From contig PABH01000019.1 in NCBI GenBank assembly GCA_002702705.1, forward strand, positions 55,192-119,191: 64,000 nt of DNA. Reading direction: 5' to 3'. The notes beneath the pieces were generated by a model. It saw only the letters and a list, made by a program, of their open reading frames with translations, was not told the DNA's origin and searched no databases. This DNA is from Anaerolineaceae bacterium (GTDB lineage Bacteria > Chloroflexota > Anaerolineae > Anaerolineales > Anaerolineaceae). The position numbers were made by a program, and so were the translations under genes. This document shows, one piece after another, positions 55,862 to 64,000 of this stretch; the first letter of the stretch is position 1; each line of letters starts with the position of its first letter.

Positions 55862-56416
55862 CTATTCACTTAATTTGTCTTTCCTTTTTCCGCCATTTTC
55901 CAAAAAATAAAATAGCAGCAAGGTTAAAACCACAAATAATGCTACAACCAGAAGGGGATGAACGCCTAACAGGGTCGGCAGGGTGACATTGCCCAGATTA
56001 GCCACTTTTGCGATGGGTGGAAAAACACTTTTATAAGTGAAACCAAATAAAAGTGCACCGGTTAACAAACCCCCTAATCCGGAAAGTAAGTAATCTAATT
56101 TGCCTTCTCCAGCGCCCGCTACGACGGTACCTGGACAGTAACCCGCTAGTGCCATACCCACGCCAAATATTAACCCACCAAACAGGTTGCCTAAGATATA
56201 AGTTCCGGGAATGTTAGGAAACTGAATCGAGCCGCTGGTTTGTAGAGTATATAACCCGATCATTGAAACTACAAGAGCTGTCATCATAAATTTAATGACC
56301 GTCAGATTGGTAAAACGGAACACGCCGACAATATTACCGTATTTGGTAAGGCCACCTTTTACCAAGACAAAACCAAACACAATTCCTAAAAGAATGGGTG
56401 ACAGATAAGTGCTCAT
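55862..56416 (-). CDS. YeeE/YedE-family sulfur-compound transporter half-protein
   Basis: 184 aa of hydrophobic helices with the characteristic GYCPG motif. The start abuts the stop of the upstream gene (TAAATG). Confidence 0.75.
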   Translation of the reverse strand: MSTYLSPILLGIVFGFVLVKGGLTKYGNIVGVFRFTNLTVIKFMMTALVVSMIGLYTLQTSGSIQFPNIPGTYILGNLFGGLIFGVGMALAGYCPGTVVAGAGEGKLDYLLSGLGGLLTGALLFGFTYKSVFPPIAKVANLGNVTLPTLLGVHPLLVVALFVVLTLLLFYFLENGGKRKDKLSE

Positions 56417-57586
56417 TTAATACCTCCTACGGAAAACAATGATGGCGGTGATAATGCCAGAAATAAACATACCAGCCATGAATAGGAAGGCGGATGGTGC
56501 CAGCAGCATACCGCCAGAGATAGCCAGGCCGCTGGTACAGCCGCCTGCTATGCTTGCACCATATTGAATGATCACTGCGCTGATAAAACCAATCAGGAAG
56601 CGTTTTAAACGAGATGTTCCAAAAATTTTCACCCAAACTGGATCTTGATTCCAGCGGATTTTAAAGGTGCCGCTTGAGAGGGATGCTAAAAATCCACCAA
56701 CAAACATACCAATCAGAATTAATACTTCCCAATCAAAGGCGGGCGGCATCACAAAGCGGAAGTATATATTTTTTTCGATGGTTTGTGGTGCAAGCCGGTG
56801 TACCAATGCACTTGCTGTTACAGCGATTCCACCAGAGGCTGTCATCAGATGATTGGCAACCACCACTGCCAGGATGCCAACAATACCAAGCCCGACCCCA
56901 GCAATATAGGGTGACCAATTTTCTTCTCGAAAGCGAATCCATAACCAGTTTAAGAAGCTAGAATTCGTTTGTTTGTTTTGGAGTTTTCTTTCATTTTTAA
57001 TAACCAAACCACCGCCTGTTACGGTTACAGCGGCTAATAACAACCCTGCTGCCAAATTAGCGGAGGAGTTATTGTTTGTATTTAATGGCGTGGATGGTTC
57101 TGTTTCAACTTCAGGTTCAAGTGGTGCAGTGACACCAAAAGGAGCGGGGGCCAAAAAACCATTGTTAAATGGTGATGAACTAGCAGAAACCGCCATATTT
57201 TCAGCGTCTTTCAAAAAACTGAGATCAGTGATATTCTTTTGAACTGCATAAGGCGCAAATCGGTCTTCCAAATCGTCACAATGGCAGGCCACACAATTTC
57301 CGGCCATTAATTTTAAATCCTTTGTAGTTCCTACATGGGCTGTTGCCATATCCGGTGCCATACGGCTGCCGCCATGACACTCAGCACAGGAATCGATAAT
57401 GATATGATCCGTGTGCCAATCACCGCGTGTATTGACAGGGTACTGTGATTGTACTTCATGGCAGGTTTTGCAGGTAGAAGGGGTTTTACATTGAGCGAAA
57501 ACTTCTCTGGTGGGAGTAAAAACCAGGAACCCAATCAGAACGAAAAAGGTCATGCTAATGGATAAAAAGAAAGACTGTGGTTTCAA
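56417..57586 (-). CDS. Triheme c-type cytochrome domain fused to a YeeE/YedE-family transporter half
   Basis: Probable TTG start at 57586, 7 nt after AAGGAGG, giving signal/anchor MKPQSFFLSISMTFFVLIGFLVF. Three CxxCH motifs (CKTCH, CAECH, CVACH; nt 57281-57472), a Pro/Thr/Asn linker, a TM helix, then the YeeE/YedE motif GGCTSG. Confidence 0.7.
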   Translation of the reverse strand: MKPQSFFLSISMTFFVLIGFLVFTPTREVFAQCKTPSTCKTCHEVQSQYPVNTRGDWHTDHIIIDSCAECHGGSRMAPDMATAHVGTTKDLKLMAGNCVACHCDDLEDRFAPYAVQKNITDLSFLKDAENMAVSASSSPFNNGFLAPAPFGVTAPLEPEVETEPSTPLNTNNNSSANLAAGLLLAAVTVTGGGLVIKNERKLQNKQTNSSFLNWLWIRFREENWSPYIAGVGLGIVGILAVVVANHLMTASGGIAVTASALVHRLAPQTIEKNIYFRFVMPPAFDWEVLILIGMFVGGFLASLSSGTFKIRWNQDPVWVKIFGTSRLKRFLIGFISAVIIQYGASIAGGCTSGLAISGGMLLAPSAFLFMAGMFISGIITAIIVFRRRY

Positions 57587-57701
57587 AGCGAGACCTCCTT
57601 TATACAGATAATGGATTTCTCCATTATACTCCGATTGTGCTTTTTTGCACTTTTGAGCAGAAAAAGGCATTGGTATAATAAACCTAAAAACGGATGGGTT
57701 T

Positions 57702-58760
57702 ATGAAATACAAACAAACCATATTTCAATTGTTAATACTATTGACATGCCTGGTCACTTTGTTAGGATTGGGTTTTGTGGGATACAAATATATTCGTCTT
57801 CGAAATGCTTATTTTCGTTTGGAAGGAATTTATTTAACCGAGATTAACGAAAATGTAAGTAGTAATATAGTAAATAAGATGCGAAGCGAATTATTTGAAA
57901 AAAACACCATTATAACGAACGATTTTTCATTTGATTATGAACAATTCCCATCTCCCGATCAAGTTATTCTAAATAAGGAGCCACTAATACCTGTCAGTGC
58001 GGATCAGACAGTGAAAATCCTCACTTTTGGTCATATTTATGCAAATGACCAAGCGGTTATTCCCCCTGCGGTATTATCTGCTAACTTGAGTTTGATCAAT
58101 AACGAACTCAAGCCTGATTTGGTTGTTTTGATGGGTGACCTCGTATACAAACCCTCACCGGACACGTTTTCCGCTTTAAAAGAAGGATTGATAGATCCAT
58201 TGTCCATGCCGGTTTTAAACGTCCCTGGCAACCATGATTTTTATGCAGGCAGACAGCTTTACCAAGAATATTTTGGACAGACCTTTTATAGTTTTACCCA
58301 TGGACCAGCCCAGTTGATCTTTTTGGATACAGAAATTGGTAATTGTTCGATCCTTGGCAAACAAAAAGAGATGTTGGATAGGGCACTTGAGCAAGCATCG
58401 GAATCTGAAGAAATACAGTATGTGTTTATCTTCATGCACAAAGTTCTTTTTCAGAATCTAAATTTACCTGGGGTGGGCAACCTAACCACAAACCATGAAT
58501 ATTGTGATCTTTTTGGCAGTAATTTTGAAGAGATAATTAACAAACAGTTGATTCCTGTTTCTGAAAACAAACCTGTTTATGTTTTCGCAGGAGATGTAGG
58601 TAAATCCGGAAATGAATTTTCCTACTTCACTAGCCAATTGGAAGGAACTCAGGTTTACCTAAATACAGCTGGAATTGGTGAACAGCCCGCTGATGCAGCT
58701 CTCTTGATCACATACGATCAAGCAGGGGTGTCCTTAACAAAGGTGCCATTAACTCCCTAA
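57702..58760 (+). CDS. Membrane-anchored calcineurin-like metallophosphoesterase
   Basis: N-terminal TM helix. Motifs VVLMGDLVY, VPGNHDF and FIFMHK. Confidence 0.75.
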   Translation: MKYKQTIFQLLILLTCLVTLLGLGFVGYKYIRLRNAYFRLEGIYLTEINENVSSNIVNKMRSELFEKNTIITNDFSFDYEQFPSPDQVILNKEPLIPVSADQTVKILTFGHIYANDQAVIPPAVLSANLSLINNELKPDLVVLMGDLVYKPSPDTFSALKEGLIDPLSMPVLNVPGNHDFYAGRQLYQEYFGQTFYSFTHGPAQLIFLDTEIGNCSILGKQKEMLDRALEQASESEEIQYVFIFMHKVLFQNLNLPGVGNLTTNHEYCDLFGSNFEEIINKQLIPVSENKPVYVFAGDVGKSGNEFSYFTSQLEGTQVYLNTAGIGEQPADAALLITYDQAGVSLTKVPLTP

Positions 58761-58922
58761 ACAAGAATCTGAGGGCTTGTAAACAAAAAAATCAATAAAA
58801 CTCTCTCAAAATTCCATATTTCCCCTTTAATTTTAGACAAATACTAGGTATGGTGATAAGATACTGGTATCATTACTAAATTGGTGAGAGAAAACCAAAA
58901 CTATTTTAGAAAGGTGGATAAA

Positions 58923-59117
58923 ATGGCTTTTACATACACAAATTCAAAAGGCGTTACCTACATTTTACACGGTAAAGATCGTGTAACGAGCACTGGCAAA
59001 AAAACCACACTTTATTTCTTCTCCAAAGAAGAAAAAGAGGGTGCCTTAAACGCAGTTCCAGAAGGTTATCAAGTTTCTGAAACCGCCAATGGCTTACCAG
59101 TATTAAAGAAGAAATAA
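58923..59117 (+). CDS. Small conserved hypothetical protein (64 aa)
   Basis: AAAGGTGG RBS. ORF MAFTYTNSKGVTYILHGKD..., followed by a strong terminator. Confidence 0.5.
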   Translation: MAFTYTNSKGVTYILHGKDRVTSTGKKTTLYFFSKEEKEGALNAVPEGYQVSETANGLPVLKKK

Positions 59118-59130
59118 ATTTTTTGTATCT

Positions 59131-59165
59131 AAAAAACGCCATCAATTTATTGGTGGCGTTTTTTA
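59131..59165. terminator. Bidirectional rho-independent terminator
   Basis: 11-bp stem AACGCCATCAA / TTGGTGGCGTT (one G-U pair) with a 4-nt loop. It is flanked by an A-run upstream and a T-run downstream, and lies between convergent genes. Confidence 0.8.
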
Positions 59166-59177
59166 ATTTGGAAGAAG

Positions 59178-59420
59178 TTATTTGTCTTTATTCTTAATAA
59201 AAATATCGATTATTGCGAAGACCACACCAGCTCCGATTAAACTATATCCAACAAGGCGGTTATCGCCGAATACAATACCTGTGATGATTAAACCAAAGGA
59301 AAGGCTTGCTAATCCAGAGAGTCGCTTTTTTGTTTTGTTTTTATTAGTGAAGAAAAACAAGATAGCAATGATAACCAAAATCAGGATGGAGGTAATTATA
59401 TATATTTGCGAGCCATTCAT
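59178..59420 (-). CDS. Small two-TM membrane protein
   Basis: 80-aa ORF with two hydrophobic helices separated by a basic loop (NKNKTKKR). Confidence 0.45.
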   Translation of the reverse strand: MNGSQIYIITSILILVIIAILFFFTNKNKTKKRLSGLASLSFGLIITGIVFGDNRLVGYSLIGAGVVFAIIDIFIKNKDK

Positions 59421-59529
59421 TCAATTTCCTTTGCTTAACCTTAATAGTATAAATTACAAAACACTGAGTCAATGAGTAATTTTTATGAGAAATCCCGGAT
59501 ATTGATAAAAATATCAAGTTGAATAGTGT

Positions 59530-61626
59530 TTATTTAACAATCATTGGTAGGAAGATGGGAATAACTTCCTCAACCCGTACTGAATATGTGGCTTGGGTAC
59601 CAAACAAGGTAGTCACCAAGGGGGTAAATTTAAAGAAAACAACACCATTATTTTCTGCTTTGTATAGATGATGCAGATTTAGACCAAGACCGGGAGCCTG
59701 AGCGCTGGTTAATATAGTGGTGCCGTCATCTGCCAGTATGGTTAGATTAACGGCAGCTCCACCATTTAATGAAAGCGCGTTGAATTGGTAATACTTTCCT
59801 TCCTGCACGGTTATCTGAAACCAGTCGTTATCTCCGGCAGGGCATAGATTTCTTTGTGCTATATTTCCAAGGTTGATCAGTTTGGCCTGCCCGCTGGTGT
59901 TATCAGGCTCACTACTGTCGGTGGTACAGATGCTAGGGAAGGTTACACTGGTTTCTGCATTGTCTCCCGTAGGCCATGCTTCCACCTGTCCATTTTCATC
60001 CACTGCACGCAGCCGGAAGGCATAAGAGGTGCCGCCCTGGCCGCTAAACCAGGCAGAGCGCTGGGCACCTGGAATAATAAGGGTGTTATTGGTTTGCCAG
60101 GTACCGGGGTTGGTGCGCCATTGGATTTCAAATGTGCTAAGGCCTGCACCTGCATCGACAGCCTGCCAAGAGAGTAAAGCAGCTGTGGAATCAAAATCCT
60201 GGACTGGGTTCAGCTGGCTGCTTGGCGGGGGACAGGAATGATCAACCTGAATAGTTCGCGGGGTGAGGGCAGTGGAAACATTACCTTCATGGTCCCAAAC
60301 GCGCAGTGCCACCTCCAGCGCTCCATTCACTGCGACGCCAGCTTCACAAAGATTCACATCCCAATCGTAAACACCTGGTGGGATAGTTTGGGAAATTTTT
60401 GGACCGATTTCGTTCCACTGACCATCCAATTTTGCCACCAGGCTTACCGCAGTTACACGGACATCATCGCTGGCGTTTGCGCGGACATCCATAATTTGAG
60501 TGGATCCAACGGTGACAGTAGCTCCAGCAGCGGGAACACTTAAAGACCCGGTTGGTGGATACGCACCGACATTACCGGATGGAAACCAATCGTTGGCCGG
60601 ATTACGTGGATCGGTCTTATCGCCTAAACATTCGGTTGCACCATCGTAAATGGGAAAATGGGTTACTTCGTAACAGGTGCGGGGGATGCCATTGTTAATG
60701 GCCACGTCTACAAAACGGATATCAATCGAGCGACCCCAATAATACCCATCGCCACCTAACCAGATGCTGTTGGTGACCATAAAATGCACATGCTGTGATG
60801 TGCTGTAGCCTGTATCATCAGTATCCCCGAGATACTGCCCTCGTTTTACCAGGGTGCCGTTGGTTAATTTATCAGGAATAGTGTTATTAGCTAGATGGAT
60901 GTAAATTTGGTAAAGCTGGGTATCCGGTTCCTGTAAAACGATATAATTGGTGCAGTATGGGTTACCATCGGTGCAGCTGTCTCGAGATGCCACAACACGT
61001 CCTTCTTTTGCAGCAAGCAGAGGAAAATGCCAGGCGTCGGTAAAATCATAGGCGTAGCGGCAATCATCAGGAACTTTACAAGATGGGTAACCCAGTTCTG
61101 GAATGGACTGAAAATGGCTGATCGAACCTTCCAGCCAGCGTGATGTGCCTGCGGCGTACGGTAAATAATAACCGGTTACGGGCGCTTTAATGTCTGCAGA
61201 AGTTTCAATATCCTCAGGGGATGGACTTTGTTCCAAAGGCACCAAGCCTGCTGGTAGGGTGGTTATGGTTTTTTCCCATGCTGGGTCATCCGGAAGCAGT
61301 ACTTCCCATCTGTTGTCATTTAAAACAGCTATCACCAAACCAGGTTCGGTCGCCAAGCGCTGTCCGTACTCATCTCGTAGTGCCAGCCACAGCACCGCCG
61401 TCGTACCGTCAGGTGTTAAAAAGGCTTCATCTAATTCAGGTGTAAAAAGATCAAACGTAAGATTTTTTTGATTTTCAGGTTGTAATACCTTGTCTGAAAA
61501 TGCGCTCCATAATTCAGCTTTTAAGTCCTCAGATGCAGTTTGATACGGCGGGGGATCCTCAGCCGCTAAAAACATCAATGGCACAGAAAAAAGAATAGAC
61601 AACAAGATACGATATATTGTTTTCAT
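59530..61626 (-). CDS. Secreted M23-like peptidase with Ig/FN3-like and pre-peptidase C-terminal (PPC) domains
   Basis: Signal peptide. M23-like core LLAAKEGRVV...YIHLANN...VKRGQYLGDTDDTGYSTSQHVHFMV (HxH present). An FN3-like block (ALLSWQAVD...YAFRLRAVDENG) and a PPC-like block (GDNDWFQITV...) follow. Confidence 0.65.
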   Translation of the reverse strand: MKTIYRILLSILFSVPLMFLAAEDPPPYQTASEDLKAELWSAFSDKVLQPENQKNLTFDLFTPELDEAFLTPDGTTAVLWLALRDEYGQRLATEPGLVIAVLNDNRWEVLLPDDPAWEKTITTLPAGLVPLEQSPSPEDIETSADIKAPVTGYYLPYAAGTSRWLEGSISHFQSIPELGYPSCKVPDDCRYAYDFTDAWHFPLLAAKEGRVVASRDSCTDGNPYCTNYIVLQEPDTQLYQIYIHLANNTIPDKLTNGTLVKRGQYLGDTDDTGYSTSQHVHFMVTNSIWLGGDGYYWGRSIDIRFVDVAINNGIPRTCYEVTHFPIYDGATECLGDKTDPRNPANDWFPSGNVGAYPPTGSLSVPAAGATVTVGSTQIMDVRANASDDVRVTAVSLVAKLDGQWNEIGPKISQTIPPGVYDWDVNLCEAGVAVNGALEVALRVWDHEGNVSTALTPRTIQVDHSCPPPSSQLNPVQDFDSTAALLSWQAVDAGAGLSTFEIQWRTNPGTWQTNNTLIIPGAQRSAWFSGQGGTSYAFRLRAVDENGQVEAWPTGDNAETSVTFPSICTTDSSEPDNTSGQAKLINLGNIAQRNLCPAGDNDWFQITVQEGKYYQFNALSLNGGAAVNLTILADDGTTILTSAQAPGLGLNLHHLYKAENNGVVFFKFTPLVTTLFGTQATYSVRVEEVIPIFLPMIVK

Positions 61627-61942
61627 GCTTTAAAAACCTTTACATACTTTTGTAAGGTAAAAAATTAATCCAATGACTCGATTATACTGGATGAAACAAT
61701 TTCTTCAATGAGATAGATGACGTATTTGCTGAGGAAAATTCTCTTTATTTAAGTAGTTAAGTGGAACTTTTGGTGTGATATTTTTAATAATTGTTTGTGG
61801 ATATTTTTAATGAATTTTATTGGATTATTGTGTTAAAATTAGCAAAATCCGTTTTTGAAAGTACTGATTTCATAATTGCTTCCCTAAATTTACTAACTTT
61901 TTCTATTTCAATTTGTTGCCGAAGAATGGTTGGTACCTCTTA

Positions 61943-64000
61943 ATGCCTTTTTCTATTCTTTCGACCAAACTATTTATCCCTTCCATTCCTCCCAATGTTA
62001 TTAACCGTCCTCACCTTGTTGAGCGTTTGTCTACGGGTTTAACAGCGGGGCGTATTTTAACACTTATATCCGCTCCGCCTGGTTATGGCAAAACGACTTT
62101 ACTTTCTGAATGGCTTGTTTCACATCGTGAACATACAGCTTGGCTAGGGCTTGATGAACAGGATAATAACGTAATCCGTTTTTGGACTTATTTTGTTGCC
62201 GCGCTACAGACGCTTACCAAAAACCCCTTTGGACAGGAAGCTTTGCAAATTCTGGAATCTCCTCAGGGTTTTGATCTTGTACAATTTCTTACTTCATTGA
62301 TTAATGATGCGGCAGCACTCGATCAAGCGATCATTTTTGTCCTCGAAGATTATCACGTCATTTCAAATAAAGAAATTCATGAAGGAATAACCTTTCTTCT
62401 CGACCATTTACCAAATACACTTCATCTGGTTATTGTGACACGCGCCGATCCACCTTTGCCGATTAATCGTTTACGAGGGCGAGGACAAATAACGGAATTT
62501 CGTGCTTCCGATCTTCGCTTCTCTACCAAGGAAGCAATGGCATTCCTAAACGACTCAATGAATTTGAGTTTGACTGAAATGGATGTACAGGTTTTAGAAA
62601 AACGCACGGAAGGATGGATTGTTGGATTACAGCTGGCGGCACTTTCGATGCAGGGAGACACAGATGCACATAAATTTATTCAAGCATTCACAGGTAGTCA
62701 TCATTATATTTTAGGATACCTTGCGGATGAAGTATTGCAAAATCAACCAGAAGATTTACGGAGCTTTCTGCTAAAAACTTCTATACTAAAAAGTATGTGC
62801 GTCCCTCTGTGCAATGCGGTGGTTGGAAACTCCGAGAATATGGATGTTCTGGAAAAACTTTATCGCAGCAATTTATTTGTTGTTCCGATGGATCGAGAGC
62901 ACTATTGGTTTCGTTATCATCACCTTTTTGCTGAATTACTACTTAGCCGCTTACACCGAACCTATGTAGATGAAATACCAATCTTGCATCGCCGTGCTGC
63001 GTTATGGTATCAAGATAATAACTACCCTGAAAGTGCTTTGAACCATGCGTTTGCCATTCCTGATTTTTCGTTTGCTACGAATATTATTGTTAACAATTGG
63101 CGAAAAATTTATCATAAGGGTCAACTGCATACTGCAGTACAGTGGCTCGAATCACTACCAAGTGATTTTATTCGTCAAACACCACCCTTGGGTGTAGCAT
63201 ACTGTTGGACCTTATTTGTTCGAGGAAATTATGATCGTATTGCAACCTATCTTGACGATATCACTTTCGTTTTTGAAGAAATGGTCACATCGGGAATGTT
63301 GCCGAAAGAACATCCAGAGTACAACATCATTTTACATCAAGTGATTTTATTGCGCGCCGTTGTTTTACGGCATCGCGGCGATGTTACTTCTGCGGTTAGA
63401 AATATTGAACAGCTGCTGCCAACAATCTCGGATTTACAACAAACACTTGGACAAGCATACGTCGATATGGGTCTCACGGCATGTTATTCACAGATGGGTT
63501 ATACCTATGTGGCAGCAAACGATTTAAGTAAAGCTTCTGATTATTTAAGCCGCGTCAGTTTACATGCACGCAGGTGTGAGAACTTTTTTGCACTGGCACA
63601 TACTACCATGGAATGGGCAAGAATAAGTATTTTGCAAGGTCAAATCGAACAAGCAGAAACAATCTGCCGGCATGAACTAAAACTCACGGAGAAGCCGGCT
63701 TATGCGGATTTCCCCGCTTTTTGTTTAATTCGCCTGGCGTTGGCAGATGTACTGCGTGTGAAAGGATCTTGGGATGAGGCGGAGAGTCTCTTGCAGCAGG
63801 GGTTAGAGACAGCGCGTAAAACCGGACACCGATATTATCTAGCACAGGGTTATCTGATAGCTGCAAATCTGCATCATGTACAAGGTGATTTAATCCAAGC
63901 ACAGGATGATTTACAGCAGGCTGTGCGAATAGCTGAATCCATTCAAAATCGATTTCTGAATGATGCAATTTCGTTAACAAAAGAGCGATTGGAAAAAAAA
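61943..64000 (+). CDS. MalT/LuxR-family large ATP-dependent (STAND) transcriptional regulator, 3' end beyond window
   Basis: Not in the supplied ORF track because no stop is reached. ATG at 61943 opens 686 uninterrupted codons to nt 64000. The N-terminus is typical (STKLFIPSIPPNVINRPHLVERL), with Walker A SAPPGYGKTT and Walker B IFVLEDYH, then TEGWIVGLQLAALSM, HHYILGYLADEVL and FLLKTSIL, followed by TPR-like helices. Confidence 0.85.
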   Translation, partial: MPFSILSTKLFIPSIPPNVINRPHLVERLSTGLTAGRILTLISAPPGYGKTTLLSEWLVSHREHTAWLGLDEQDNNVIRFWTYFVAALQTLTKNPFGQEALQILESPQGFDLVQFLTSLINDAAALDQAIIFVLEDYHVISNKEIHEGITFLLDHLPNTLHLVIVTRADPPLPINRLRGRGQITEFRASDLRFSTKEAMAFLNDSMNLSLTEMDVQVLEKRTEGWIVGLQLAALSMQGDTDAHKFIQAFTGSHHYILGYLADEVLQNQPEDLRSFLLKTSILKSMCVPLCNAVVGNSENMDVLEKLYRSNLFVVPMDREHYWFRYHHLFAELLLSRLHRTYVDEIPILHRRAALWYQDNNYPESALNHAFAIPDFSFATNIIVNNWRKIYHKGQLHTAVQWLESLPSDFIRQTPPLGVAYCWTLFVRGNYDRIATYLDDITFVFEEMVTSGMLPKEHPEYNIILHQVILLRAVVLRHRGDVTSAVRNIEQLLPTISDLQQTLGQAYVDMGLTACYSQMGYTYVAANDLSKASDYLSRVSLHARRCENFFALAHTTMEWARISILQGQIEQAETICRHELKLTEKPAYADFPAFCLIRLALADVLRVKGSWDEAESLLQQGLETARKTGHRYYLAQGYLIAANLHHVQGDLIQAQDDLQQAVRIAESIQNRFLNDAISLTKERLEKK

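Noticed and set aside
59854-61471. Several plus-strand ORFs of 70-107 aa inside the M23-like peptidase gene
   Set aside because: They are antisense artefacts in a locally GC-richer coding region. The minus strand holds a 698-aa ORF with a signal peptide and domain motifs.
62422-63980. Minus-strand ORFs 62422-62661 and 63684-63980
   Set aside because: They are antisense to the long MalT-type ORF, which has Walker motifs and runs 686 codons without a stop.

Overview
64-kb chromosomal segment of an AT-rich bacterium (roughly 40% GC by eye). TTG/GTG starts are frequent, genes are tightly coupled and Shine-Dalgarno sites are GGAGG-like. The gene content (sortase chemistry, DUF11-type giant surface protein, glycyl-radical enzyme, many PAS/c-di-GMP sensors) suggests an anaerobic monoderm lineage such as Chloroflexota/Anaerolineae, but this is inference only. 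I support about 45 protein genes, with no rRNA, tRNA or CRISPR array. In map order: a 5'-truncated PAS/GAF sensor; a tandem class II aldolase fusion; a ParB-like/USP fusion; a GGDEF cyclase; a lipoprotein with three sulfite-oxidase-fold domains next to tungstate/molybdate uptake genes (wtpA, wtpB, mop, no ATPase); a multi-PAS HD-GYP phosphodiesterase; an intact IS607-family element (serine-recombinase tnpA plus tnpB); HtrA; two OmpR-type two-component systems; a GH20 hexosaminidase; a PepSY/ApbE/ferric-reductase-like operon; a glycyl-radical enzyme with its activase; two tandem MBL-fold paralogs; an 11-kb gene for a 3667-aa surface protein; lplA; a PEP-utilising (rifampicin-phosphotransferase-like) enzyme; a split YeeE/YedE transporter whose first half is fused to a triheme cytochrome c; an M23-like peptidase; and a 3'-open MalT/LuxR-type STAND regulator that is absent from the ORF track. 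The best candidate for something unusual is the C-terminus of the giant protein. An LPDTG sorting motif is followed by a complete sortase catalytic domain (His/Cys/Arg) in the same reading frame instead of a membrane anchor, so substrate and enzyme are fused. Secondary candidates are the cytochrome c-YeeE fusion, the metal-flavoured two-component/PepSY-ApbE-ferric-reductase cluster, and the IS607 tnpB whose guide-proximal end abuts the htrA stop codon. All family assignments come from motif recognition by eye; no database search was run.
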